Shown here: positions 1 through 10,048 of the stretch, piece by piece
How positions within the stretch are numbered: position 1 is the stretch's first letter
Layout: every line of letters begins with the position of its first letter
The notes under the pieces: generated by a model
Told to the model about the DNA's origin: nothing
Databases searched by the model: none
Seen by the model: only the letters and a program-made list of their open reading frames with translations
NCBI GenBank assembly: GCA_013239625.1
Contig: MU053216.1
Coordinates: forward strand, 1,304,001-1,327,401
Reading direction: 5' to 3'
From: Lama guanicoe
Taxonomy: Eukaryota
DNA: 23,401 bases
Made by a program: the position numbers and the translations under genes

Positions 1-217
1 CTGAGCGCCCCCGGCCGCTCTGTCTGCCAAGTGGCAAATAGACTGGGCTCTGTTCTGGGAGATTCCGGGCCTTTCTGAGCTGGGCTGTCGGCCTGTAGTC
101 CTTCTGCAGGACCTGGAGAAGGGGTGGGGGGAGGTTGGGGGGGCCCATGGGTGATGTTCAGGGGATCTCTGGACAGAAACAACACTGGATGCTGGGTTTA
201 CAAAACCAGGCAGCACA

Positions 218-347
218 CTTTGCCAATTTGAAGTTTTCAAATATTGCATTAAATCATAATTTATCTTGATGACTGGGTTTTTTTCTTGCTCCCTTTAATT
301 TTGCACCTGAGGCAAAGGCCTCACTCCTTACCCTGGTCCTGGGTCTG
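218..347. mobile_element. Terminal fragment of an ancient hAT (Tip100-type, Zaphod/MER96-like) DNA transposon; exact family uncertain
   Basis: AT-rich island in GC-rich DNA (aatattgcattaaatcataatttatcttgatgactggg...aattttgcacctgaggcaaaggcctcact...ccctggtcctgggtctg) resembling a recalled hAT terminal consensus. Confidence 0.55.
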
Positions 348-2757
348 GCTCACAGCTCCTAGTGTCTGTGGTTTACTTGGAAGAACCTGGAGCCTGGTTT
401 CTGGCCCCGACTGCCCCCCTACGCCCCCAGGGAGAACCAGGGCTGGGAGGGGTGCCACCACGCCACCCGACCTGCCACTCTGTGTATCGGGAAGCTGCCT
501 CCTTCCCGTTGTCTGGGCGGGTGGTGCTGGCCAGCTGCCACTGAGCTTTGCGGGCAGCCCAGCCCGCAGAAGTGACCTCCCTCTGGGTAGGGCCCGGAGG
601 GGAGCTGTGGAGGGGAGGGTGATGGAGTTCTTAGAAAGCTGACACTAGGAAGGGATCATCCAGGTGGCACAGGAGGAGGCAGGGGCTCCTGGACCACAGG
701 AGGGTGGGGCAATGGCTTTTCCAGGGCCTGTCTTCATCTCCCAGCCCTCCTGTCTCCTGCCTGTGGGGCCGGGCTTCGGCTTGTCCACTGGGGCGGCTGT
801 GGTGAGGAGGAGCCCCAGGATGATTGCCGTGCCGGACTGTGGCCCCTGAAAGCCAGGCAGCGCCCAAGTCCAGCCTGGCGCACACGTGGGCTGTGGCCGG
901 ACTCCCTGGGGCTCTGACAGCGGCGCTGCTCTGGAGGAAGTTTGTGTATCGATCTGGGGGTTGAGATTCCTGGGCAGGAGCCGCTGGTGGAGCCGCAGCT
1001 TCAGACTCAGCGAGAGCAGGAACTGGTGCCCAACTCGCCTGTGTTACTGTGCGGTGTAACCACCTTGACTTCCCTCTCTGGGCAATGGCTTGAAATCCCC
1101 AGCTCATCGCAGCCCTTAAGTGAGGTGGTCTGTGGCAGGTGCCCAGCCCCACACCAGCATGGGGGACGTGTTCATGCAGCCTTCACCCTCTTTACCGCCA
1201 TCTCCAGTTACTCATCAGGGCCCATTCCTGGGACTAACTCTCCTCCTCGTCCAGGTCAGTGGCTTTGGGAGTTAGGGCCTCATCCTAGGCCCATGCCCAC
1301 TGTCTCCAGCTGGTACCCTATCCTCTGGGTCACAGTCCTGTCCCATTGGCACCTGCAAAACATGCTGGTGCATAGAATGGGCTGGCATGGGGCTGCCTGG
1401 CTCTCTCTGACCCCAGAGGACCCCATGCCAGGATGTGCTGGGCAAGCGGGGGGCCCCAGGGTGAATGCCTGGCTCACCCCACAACACCTGGATCCCAAAA
1501 CTCGGGGGGGCCCCTTCTCTACGTCATCTCTTCTGCCCACCCTCTTGTTCTGAGGGGGCTGGTTGGTGGAGCAGAAGCCGGCCCCTTGCCGACGGGCTCT
1601 GACCCTCAGGACTGCAGTTCCCCACTGCCTGCTCCCACTGTCTCTGGGGATCCTGATTTGATTTCCTCCAATCGCCAGCATTGCCATCTGCCCATGTAAT
1701 TAAATGGTATTTGAACTGGATCCAGAAATCCCATTGCCAGCAGCCCACGCAGCCGGGAGGGCGTCTCCGGGAGCTGGTGCTGGTCGGTGAAGCTGCTGGG
1801 TCTCTGGGCCCCTCTGAGGCCGCTGCCTGCGCCTCCCCTTGGCAGGCTGAGCCCTGCCCCCAGCCACCCAGAAGCACAGGCGCACTGAGGAGGCGGCACA
1901 CGCAGCGCCTGGGTTCGCGCCCCTGCCACCCCTGCTGCCTGCCACTGGCCGGGCATCGTCTGCGCCCTTGCCCACAGTGGGGACCACGGTGTCCCCCTCG
2001 GGTGAGGGCTTGCACATCAGCGCTCAGACGCCGCCCGGCATGTGGCGTGGCCGCGTGGGCGCGTGTCAGCCGCCGCTGTCAGTGGTCCGGGGGAGCCCTG
2101 CAGCCCTGGCGTCTTACGGGTCTGCAGTTTCTGGTCTGCAGGCTCAGAGAGGATGGGTGGACTCCCCAGCTCCCTTCCCAGCTGCCAGTTGAGGGGGGAG
2201 ACTGAGAAGCTGGGTTCTAACTCCCACCTGGCCCGGAACAGCTGGATAAGGTGGAGGGGGTGGTAACCTCCTGGGATGTCTGTCCCTGGCGGCCTCCGTG
2301 GTGTGCGGACCCCTCACACCTGAGGGGAAATGCTTCTGAAGAAAGGCCAGGCCACCATCCATGGGTGTGGACTGGGCCTAGTGTCCTAACCACCCTGTGC
2401 CACCGGCTCCTTTAACCCCACCCGGCAGAGTGCAGGGAGCAGGCTCAGGTGAGCACCTGGTCTGCGGCTCTGAGCGGGCCTTGGGGGCTGGGCAGCCTGG
2501 GACAGGGACAGGATGGTAGCTGGGAGGGCCCGGCTCTGTGGCGAGGCGCCCCTGGGCCCTGGATGCCTGCCGCTGGCCCTCCCGCTCTTTTCTTCTCTTG
2601 GTAAATGTTGGCTTAGGGAGAGGGAGGCTGACAAGTGGCTCATTGTGAGTGCCCGAGGGGCTGGCTGCGTGAGCGCCAGCGCCCAGCCCCCTTTACTTGA
2701 GGCCTTGGGAGGTGCTCTCTGCCAGGCCCAGCACGCATGCTCGCTGACTCCCACTCG

Positions 2758-2771
2758 GTTGCCATGGGGAC
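2758..2771 (+). promoter_or_regulatory. RFX X-box motif in intron 1
   Basis: GTTGCCATGGGGAC matches the palindromic X-box GTTGCCATGGCAAC at 12/14 positions. Confidence 0.5.
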
Positions 2772-3214
2772 CTCGCCCCAGCAGTGGCTGCTTGAGAGGG
2801 GCCTGGGGTGGCTGGAGGGAGATGGCCCTGTCCATGGCTGCGCCCTGATGCCACTTCTCTTCCTCTTCACAGGGGCCCCCAGGGTCTGGGATGTGGGCCC
2901 CTCCTGTGGCTGCTGTCCCTGCTGGAGGTCCCCGCCCTGCTCCAACCTTCACCTCCACCAGGTCTGCAGGGTTGCACCTGGTCTGGCCCCCTCGGCTCCC
3001 AGAGAGGGGCCAGAGCTTGTGCCTGAGATGTTCCTCTGGCCTCTGGGAGGGGGCTCCTGAGCTGAAGGACCCCTGCAGCCCCTGGAGGCCTGGCCCTTCC
3101 TTCCCCAGTGTGGTCCTGGGCTCTGCCTCCCCAGAGGGGGCCAGCTGTCTTCTCTCCCCTGCTCCGTGGGACGCGGACTTCTGGGGCCCCCCAGGCAATC
3201 GGGAGTGTGTGCTT

Positions 3215-3430
3215 TGATGTCAGATCGGTCAGGTTCTGTTACCAACCTTGGGCAGGTCATGTAAACTCTCTCAGCCTCTGTTTTCTCGTCTGTAAAGCTG
3301 GGTAAGGAATACACACCTCACAGGTTTCAGGTAAAGGACACATGAATTCATTTAGGTAAAGTGCCGTCAGCATGGATTCGCCGTGCAGAGCACTTGGAAA
3401 GTGAGCAGCCACTGCTTCTGATGGTGTCGG
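3215..3430 (+). mobile_element. MIR SINE
   Basis: ccttgggcaggtcatgtaaactctctcagcctctgttttctcgtctgtaaagctggg...cctcacagg matches the MIR core (ccttgggcaagttacttaacctctctgagcctcagtttcctcatctgtaaaatggg). Boundaries approximate. Confidence 0.85.
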
Positions 3431-3628
3431 TGTAGCTCCTGCTGTTGCTGTTACTGTAGTGTTCCCGAGCTGCCCTCATTCTCGGGGAGGGGGCTCCTGA
3501 GTGTCCTTCCTTCCCCTCCCACTTGCGGAACAGGAGGGGCCTGGTAGGGGCGCATGTTGGCAGGCAGAGGCGGGGAGGAGGGCCCCCTGCAGCTGGGCCT
3601 GACCCAGGACTCTCCCCGCCCCGGGCAG

Positions 3629-3851
3629 GATCCGGCCTCAGCTGTCAAAAGAGAAGATTGAGGGCTGTCACATCTGCACCTCGGTCACCCCGGGGGAGCC
3701 CCAGGTTCTCCTGGGGAAGGACAAGGCCTTCACCTATGACTTTGTCTTCGACCTGGACACCTGGCAGGAGCAGATCTACTCCACCTGTGTGAGCAAGCTG
3801 GTGGAGGGCTGCTTCGAGGGCTACAATGCCACGGTGCTGGCTTACGGGCAG
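3629..3851 (+). CDS. KIF21B: KIF21B exon 2 (223 nt), motor N-terminus: IRPQLSKEK...[10 protein letters not shown]
   Basis: cag|GATC acceptor and CAG|gtacgc donor; kinesin RIRP and FDFVFD-type motifs. Not captured by the ORF track. Confidence 0.97.
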
Positions 3852-4076
3852 GTACGCCGCCCCACCCCGCCTACCTGGCCACTCCAAGCCCGAGCGCCCT
3901 GGGAGCAGCTGCGGTTTTGACTGCTGGCATCAGCGGGAGGGCTGGCAGTCAGGGCGGACTCCGCAGGGTGTGGTTTTGGGTCGGGTGGGCGGGGATCCAG
4001 GCTGGGAGATAACCGGGGTCCGGGCTCGCTGGTGCCCCCAGGGGTGCCAGGTGACGCCGTCCCTCCATCCTTGCAG

Positions 4077-4259
4077 ACAGGGGCCGGGAAGACGTACACT
4101 ATGGGCACTGGCTTCGATGTGGCGACATCGGAGGAGGAGCAGGGCATCATTCCGAGGGCCATCGCCCACCTCTTTGGGGGCATTGCTGAGCGCAAGCGGC
4201 GGGCACAGGAGCAGGGCGTGGCTGGGCCTGAGTTCAAAGTCAGCGCCCAGTTCCTGGAG
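4077..4259 (+). CDS. KIF21B: KIF21B exon 3 (183 nt): [10 protein letters not shown]...KVSAQFLE, containing the P-loop
   Basis: tgcag|ACA acceptor and GAG|gtacct donor; completes Walker A GQTGAGKT. Confidence 0.97.
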
Positions 4260-4329
4260 GTACCTATGGGTGGGCCGGGGAGGGACAGGGACAGCGAGAC
4301 TGTAGAAGCCGGGCTCCGGGCCGGCGCAG

Positions 4330-4478
4330 CGGAAGAGGCCTCGGTGGGCGAGGAGCTCCCCGCTGCTGGGCACATCCCAGCCGGAGCTGGAGTACTTCCA
4401 GCTGGGACCCCGGAGGTTCCCTGCTCCGATGGGGCTGGGGTCAGTGAGAGCCTTTAGGAGCTCTTCACACCCTGACTG
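4330..4478 (+). mobile_element. Probable L3/CR1 LINE 3' end fragment
   Basis: gaggagctccccgctgctgggcacatcccagccggagctgga...cctttaggagctcttcacaccctga resembles the recalled L3 3' end (gtgagctccccgtcactggaggtgttcaagcagaggctgga...cctctaaggtcccttccaactctga). Confidence 0.5.
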
Positions 4479-4479
4479 A

Positions 4480-4616
4480 TCAGCTCTGACACTTCCCAGC
4501 CAGGTAACCTTGGGCAGGTCATTTCTCCACTCTGCAGAACGGGAGTGACAACACCTATTTCCCCGGGGCTTTAGGGGTGACAAGGAAGCGCAAGCCCGGC
4601 ACAGAGTGGGAACTCT
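4480..4616 (+). mobile_element. MIR SINE fragment
   Basis: cagctctgacacttcccagccaggtaaccttgggcaggtcattt...gcccggcacagagtggg matches MIR 5'/core and tail, with an internal deletion. Confidence 0.7.
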
Positions 4617-5242
4617 GGTTCTCACCCCTTCTTCTGGCCTCCAGGGGTCCTCCGCAGCCTCAGAGTGGCCTGCCCTGTCCCTTCCTGGCTGAGGTCCTTC
4701 CTGACCCTCTGAGCCTTCTCTGACCCCAGGACAGGAAGTTCCCCCAGCGGGGCCTCTCTTTGCAACTGGCCCTGCCTCTGTCTGGGAGAAGGTCAGGGTG
4801 CCGAGCCTGGGATTTATGGCAGCTGAGGGCTTGGGGATGGAGAGGGGACCTCCGGCCTGTATAAGTGGCTCTCCGAAGCGCCCCTCGGAAGGCCAGTGGA
4901 CCTGGATTCTTCTCGTGAGCTCCCGGCTTGCCTAGTCTCCTGCTCTGGGACGCTTGAGCCAGGCAGCTCCGGGTCCCAGCATCCAAGAGCTCAGCCCACA
5001 GACCCGGCCCTGGGGCATGTGCCGGGTGTGAGGCCGGGCTCCTGCCCGTGTGCCCTGTGCCCTGACTGCGCCGGGTGGTCCTCCGAGGGAGGGATGTGGT
5101 CCCCGCTCTCCAGGTCTGTGTCCCACCCCCACTGCCTCCTGGGTGTGCGGAGGGGCTGCCTCCCTCTTAAGGAAACTGATTTTAGACTCGAGGGTTTCTC
5201 TCTGTCCTTCTGGACTTTTGTTTCTGAGGAAGAGTCTGCCTC

Positions 5243-5263
5243 TGTGTGTGTGTGTGTGTGTGT
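5243..5263. repeat. (TG)10 microsatellite
   Basis: Read directly from the sequence. Confidence 0.95.
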
Positions 5264-5418
5264 CCTGCACCGTGTGTCTCTAGAAGCTTCCTCATCTCTT
5301 TGTTTTTCCCTTTCTCCATCCTTTTGCATAGAGAGCCCCAAAGAGCAGTCCAGTACCTAGAAAACCATGCCAGGGGGAACTCACAAGGGGTTAAATGATG
5401 CTGTACGTCTGTCCCAAA

Positions 5419-5435
5419 AGACAGACAGACAGACA
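5419..5435. repeat. (AGAC)4 short tandem repeat
   Basis: agacagacagacagaca, read directly. Confidence 0.85.
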
Positions 5436-6185
5436 CCAAGGCCCCACATCTGTACCAGCCCCTCCCGTTTCCTCTTCCCCTTCCTGTGGGGTGTTTCTGT
5501 CCCTTTAAGGCCATCAAAGCCTCGGATGTCTGAGTGCTATGGCCTGCCCCTCCCTGCAGAGGGCTTTGTTGGCCACTGACCCAGCTTCCCAGGCCCTCCG
5601 GCCCTCCAGCCCCCGCTCCCCGCCTGGTGAAAATTCCAGCAGGTGAAACCTTCCCTGCCAGCAGTTTCAAATGCAGGCGTCTCCAAGGCAGAGACCATCT
5701 GAAATGGGGCAACTGCCCCTGGCCAGGCCCCCTCCCAGTGGTGTCCCCAGATGCCCCTCAGAGGCCGGGCCACAGGCCGCTCTCCATCAGCCCGGGACCA
5801 TGGGGGTTGGGGTGCTGCTCCCAGCCCTGCCTCCCCTCATCGGGAACCGCATCCCGACCTGGTAGCATCATGGGATCTGCCCCAGCCCCATCGCATCCTC
5901 CTCACTCCACGAGGACTCCAGTCCCCTTGTCCCCTTCATGCCCTTACCCCCTGCCAGGGCCGAGCGCTCAGCGCTGCTTCCTCTCAGGATGGTTCTGCAT
6001 GGGGACCGGCTGCCCCACCCCCGTCCAGGAGAAAAATCCCAGAACCCAAGCCCAGAGGGGACCCGGGTGGCCAGTTAGCCTCCCAGAGCCTTGGTTTCCA
6101 CGCCTGCGAAGCCGAGCTGGCATGTGATACCAGAAAGCCCCTGTGGGCCCTGCACGTGTGTCCAGCAGCCATCTCCCTGCTGCAG

Positions 6186-6335
6186 CTCTACAACGAGGAG
6201 ATCCTGGACCTCTTCGACAGCGCCCGCGACCCCGACGCCCGCCACCGCAGGTCCAACATCAAGATCCACGAGGATGCCACTGGCAGCATCTACACCACGG
6301 GCGTCACCTCCCGCCTCGTCAGCTCCCAGGAGGAG
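6186..6335 (+). CDS. KIF21B: KIF21B exon 4 (150 nt): [10 protein letters not shown]...SRLVSSQEE
   Basis: tgcag|CTC and GAG|gtgggc; kinesin YNE motif. Confidence 0.97.
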
Positions 6336-6414
6336 GTGGGCGCCCTGGGAGCCGCCCGGGGCGGGGGGCAGGGCTGCGCGGCCAGCCGAGTCCTCATGCC
6401 TGCCCCCTCCCCAG

Positions 6415-6549
6415 CTGATCCAGTGCCTGAAGCAGGGCGCCCTGTCGCGCACCACGGCCAGCACCCAGATGAACGTGCAGAGCTCCCGCTCCCACGCCAT
6501 CTTCACCATCCACGTGTGCCAGATGCGTGTGTGTGCCCAGCCTGACCTG
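6415..6549 (+). CDS. KIF21B: KIF21B exon 5 (135 nt): LIQCLKQG...SSRSHAIF...QPDL, containing switch I
   Basis: cccag|CTG and CTG|gtgagg; NxxSSRSH motif. Confidence 0.97.
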
Positions 6550-6621
6550 GTGAGGAGCCTGCGCACATCTCCAGAGGTGGGGTGGGGACACAGCCCAGGC
6601 TCTGGGGCCAGCACACCCGGG

Positions 6622-6700
6622 TTCTCTTTTCTGAAGCCTCAGTTGCCTCATCCGGGCAATGGGGCAGCCATACCCCCATGGTGGTGAGGACTGACCGAGA
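6622..6700 (+). mobile_element. MIR core fragment in intron 5
   Basis: ctgaagcctcagttgcctcatccgggcaatggggca...ggtggtgaggactga matches the MIR core. Confidence 0.7.
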
Positions 6701-6823
6701 ACCACACGTACACTTGCTGTCCATGCTCTGTGTGTGCGAGGCCTCCCCCCGACCCCCGACGCTCTGCCGAATCCCCCGGCAGCACTGCCAGGGGCTGGGA
6801 GTCACCTGCCGGCTTCCCTGCAG

Positions 6824-6991
6824 GTGAACGAGGCCATGGCTGGGCTTCCTGAGGGCGCCGCTCCCACGAGCGAGTTTGAGACGCTCACTGCCAAGTTTCA
6901 CTTTGTGGACCTGGCCGGCTCGGAGCGGCTAAAGCGGACGGGGGCCACCGGCGAGCGGGCCAAGGAGGGCATCTCCATCAACTGTGGCCTG
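6824..6991 (+). CDS. KIF21B: KIF21B exon 6 (168 nt): VNEAMAGL...FVDLAGSER...SINCGL, containing switch II
   Basis: tgcag|GTG and CTG|gtaggc; DLAGSE motif. Confidence 0.97.
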
Positions 6992-7268
6992 GTAGGCACG
7001 CCGTGGCCAGCACAGCTCAGCCTCAGACCCTCCCCAGGCCCCACGGCCCACAGCTGTCCTGGCCTTCTCGGGACACTGTATGTCACTGCTGGGCCTTCAC
7101 CCTCCCCCTGCCCCAGTGCCCAACTTCACCAACTATCACATCTGCCTCTAAACCCTTGGGGACTAGAGGGCTGCTGGGGTCAGCGAGGCAGGTGTGGACA
7201 GCTTGGGGATGGGGGGTCCCCACTCCTCTCCCCAAGTGCCTCTGGAGAGCCAAGTCTGTCTCCTGCAG

Positions 7269-7384
7269 CTGGCCTTGGGCAACGTGATCAGCGCCTTGGG
7301 GGACCAGAGCAAGAAAGTGGTGCACGTGCCCTACAGGGACTCCAAGCTCACCCGGCTCCTCCAGGACTCACTGGGCGGCAACAG
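7269..7384 (+). CDS. KIF21B: KIF21B exon 7 (116 nt): [10 protein letters not shown]...[20 protein letters not shown]
   Basis: tgcag|CTG and CAG|gtaccc; conserved microtubule-binding [14 protein letters not shown]. Confidence 0.97.
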
Positions 7385-7835
7385 GTACCCGACCGACATC
7401 GGGGCGATGGGAGATGTGAGGGCTGCTGGGGCACAGGGACGGGACGCTGGGGCATGAAGGCCCGCGGACAGGAGGCTCTCCCGCCCCTGAAGGCTTGCCG
7501 TGACCGTCGGTCAGTGTGGGGGGCTTCAGTTTCCCTGTCGGCACACCAGGGAGGGATGGTCCTGAAGAAGTGCTGGAGCCCAGGAGAGGCAGGGCCGTGG
7601 TTCTGGCCGTGGCACAGCACAGCCTCCCCGCCTCACTAGCCGCCCTCGCCGCGGTTGCTACGGTTGCAGTGGACACCGAGGCCAGGTGGTCCTGATCCCC
7701 ACCTCCTGGGTTCCGCCCTGGGGCCTGCCCAGGTCCTTGGGGCCTCCGGGCGCTGAGGAGCAGAAGTCTGCTCTGAGGTGATGCTTCTGGGGCTGCCCTC
7801 GCCTCATCTGTCACCCCACCCCCCGCACTCTCCAG

Positions 7836-8031
7836 CCAGACCATCATGATCGCCTGCGTGAGCCCCTCGGACCGGGACTTCATGGAGACTCTGAACACAC
7901 TCAAGTACGCCAACCGGGCCCGCAACATCAAGAACAAGGTGGTGGTGAACCAGGACAAGACCAGCCAGCAGATCAGCGCGCTACGGGCTGAGATCGCGCG
8001 CCTGCAGATGGAGCTGATGGAGTACAAGGCG
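7836..8031 (+). CDS. KIF21B: KIF21B exon 8 (196 nt): [10 protein letters not shown]...[17 protein letters not shown]...EYKA (motor end and neck)
   Basis: tccag|CCAG and GCG|gtgagc; phase fits both neighbours. Confidence 0.97.
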
Positions 8032-8483
8032 GTGAGCAGGCCCATCCCCTCCCCGCCTGGCCGCACTGCTCGGGGGCATAACTGCGCACCAGTCCCGGCG
8101 TGGAGTGTGGGGCTCACCTGCTGACTCGCACACAGATCTCATGCACAGGGCAGGCGCTCTGTGCGGGGGTCTCCCGTCTGCTGAATCTGCTGTGTTGGGC
8201 CAGATGAGACCCCTAGGCTGCAGCACAGAGTGAGGACAGTTGATGGATCACGCGAGTGGCCCAGGGTGCAGGGGGGCTGCTGCGGGGGAGAGGGCTGGCC
8301 CTACTTGCTCAGGGAGGGCCTCACGGAGGAAGGTGCCTTTTGTGTGGGTTTTGAGGAATGAATGAGGAACCAGCAGAAGGAAGTGGAACAGGCATCCTAG
8401 GATGCCGACAAGCCCCGGGCAAAGGAACAGAGGTGGGAAAGCCGAGGGCCTCTAGGGAGGTGTCCTGTTTCATATGACTGAGG

Positions 8484-8795
8484 CAGAAGTCACCAGCCGG
8501 GGCCCCCGGCCCAAACCTGGCATGCAAGTTGGTTTTGGTTTGACTTGCCATTTGTTTTAAAAGTATGCAACGTAGTTGTCAACCTTTCTGAAAGTTAGGG
8601 AGCTTCAGATTTTCTTCAGAAACTTGCTACGTTTCTTTAGAAACGTATGCTACCAAGTTGGCTGGAGTGGCCCAGTGCTGCCCCTTTCAGACTGAGTGTG
8701 ACTTTGTTTGCTGCAGTCCCCACCACCCCCTGTCGCTTACACCTCGACCTACTCATTTATGCCAGCCGCCTGGGCCCTTCGGGTTTTGACCCTTG
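8484..8795 (+). mobile_element. MER102-like non-autonomous hAT-Charlie DNA transposon, near full length
   Basis: Colinear with the recalled MER102 consensus: ttttggtttg...tgttttaaaa...tagttgtcaac...ggctggag...gctgcccctttcagac...cagtccccaccaccccct...cttacacc...actcattta...gcctgggccc...tttgacccttg. Ends are degenerate and no clear TSD is visible. Confidence 0.8.
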
Positions 8796-9061
8796 GGTTA
8801 GTGTGTTTGGAGATAGGAAAGTGATCATTAGAAAAGGAGGTTGAGTGAGACGGTGGTGGCCTGGAGGGGCTGGTCACATAATTTGGACTTTTTGTTGTCA
8901 TGGGGGCCGGGGTAAGTGTTCTGAGCATCTGGAGATGGGAAACCAGGGCAGGGGAGCCTGGCAGGGCTGTTATGGCAAGGGAGAGGCCTGGGCGGTGGCT
9001 GGGGCAGAGCATCGTCACCACTCTCCGCTCTTGACCGCTCCCCGCCTGCCCCTCCTCGCAG

Positions 9062-9251
9062 GGCAAGAGGGTGATGGGGGAGGACGGCACCGAGGGCTAC
9101 AGTGACCTGTTCCGGGAGAACGCCATGCTGCAGAAGGAGAACGCGGCGCTGCGCCTGCGAGTGAAGGCCATGCAGGAGGCCATCGACGCCATCAACAACC
9201 GCGTCACACACCTCATGAGCCAGGAGGCCAACCTGCTCCTGGCCAAGGCCG
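9062..9251 (+). CDS. KIF21B: KIF21B exon 9 (190 nt): GKRVMGEDG...EANLLLAKA
   Basis: cgcag|GGC and CCG|gtgagt; coiled-coil sequence. Confidence 0.96.
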
Positions 9252-9389
9252 GTGAGTGGGCTGCACCGCGCCTGCCCGGAGCACCGGCAGGCTGGGCCCT
9301 CTCCCGCCAGTCAGCTCCCAGGGCATGCTGTGACCACAGCCTCCACGAACAGGCACTAGGCCAGTGGAAGGTGACAGTCCCCGCTCGCT

Positions 9390-9800
9390 GAGCCCCCGTC
9401 CCTCATCCCCTCTATCCTCAGGAGCCTCGGTGGGCAGCGTGCGGTACACCTCCTTGCTCAGGACGCTCGCTCCGAGTCTGAATATCCGTGCATGCATGTG
9501 TGCTCGTGTGCATGCGTGTGCACACACGCTTCTCTTTCTCTGTAAATGCGACCGTATGTGTTGTCCTAGGACCTCCTCTTCACTCGGCGCTATGCTTCAG
9601 GAATCCTTCCGTGTTAAAACACATAAACCTACTTAATTCTCTTAGGCCACGCAGTGCTCCACATGTGATGGTGGTGAATGATTTATGTAACAGCCGCTCC
9701 TGACGGGCACTTGCTTGCTTCTAACCCCGCTGTTCCCAGCAGCGCTTGTGCATATCCGCGTGCAGACGCGGCCCTGTTTGGCAGAGGTCCCTTCCTGGAG
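9390..9800 (-). mobile_element. Old L1 (L1M/L1ME-type) 3' fragment, antisense to the gene
   Basis: ttcactcggcgctatgcttcaggaatccttccgtgt...cctacttaattctctt...gatttatgtaacagcc...tgacgggcacttg resembles the reverse complement of an L1M 3' region. Boundaries approximate. Confidence 0.65.
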
Positions 9801-9912
9801 AGGACCTGGTGTGCTGCCCTGTTGGAGGCACAGGCACCAGGCAGTAGCCTGCAGCTGAAGGGCGCCACTGCGCTAGCGTTCTGACCACCCCTCCTCCTCA
9901 CCCTTCCCTCAG

Positions 9913-9976
9913 GAGACGGCAACGAGGCCATCGGTGCTCTGATCCAAAACTACATCCGGGAGATTGAGGAGCTGCG
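9913..9976 (+). CDS. KIF21B: KIF21B exon 10 (64 nt): [20 protein letters not shown]
   Basis: ctcag|GA and GCG|gtgagt; phases fit. Confidence 0.96.
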
Positions 9977-10048
9977 GTGAGTGAGCCTCAACCCGGGACC
10001 CGTGGGGGCCGAGGCAGTGCCGCTCAGCTGACACCACGCCCCCTGCAG

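Noticed and set aside
3..21. CTCF-like motif on the minus strand (GCGGCCGGGGGCGCT)
   Set aside because: Two mismatches in the core, including the conserved A; such matches are frequent in GC-rich DNA.
2824..2848. RE1-like CTGTCCATGG (a similar site lies near 6716-6730)
   Set aside because: Only one half-site is present; the GTGCTGA half is missing.
286..3314. Many 60-270 aa ORFs on both strands in intron 1, such as 942..1553 (+) and 2386..3198 (-)
   Set aside because: Low-complexity Pro/Gly/Ala/Arg-rich translations with no recognisable domain, often with non-ATG starts and overlapping in several frames. This is expected where high GC makes stop codons rare.
4260..4457. Exon 3 read-through ORF extension
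   Set aside because: It runs into probable L3-derived sequence, would truncate the motor domain, and has no poly(A) signal.
3930..4625. Long antisense ORFs overlapping exons (also 7368..8117, 10561..11244, 18091..18543)
   Set aside because: Shadow ORFs caused by the high-GC3 codon usage of the sense exons; there is no independent evidence.
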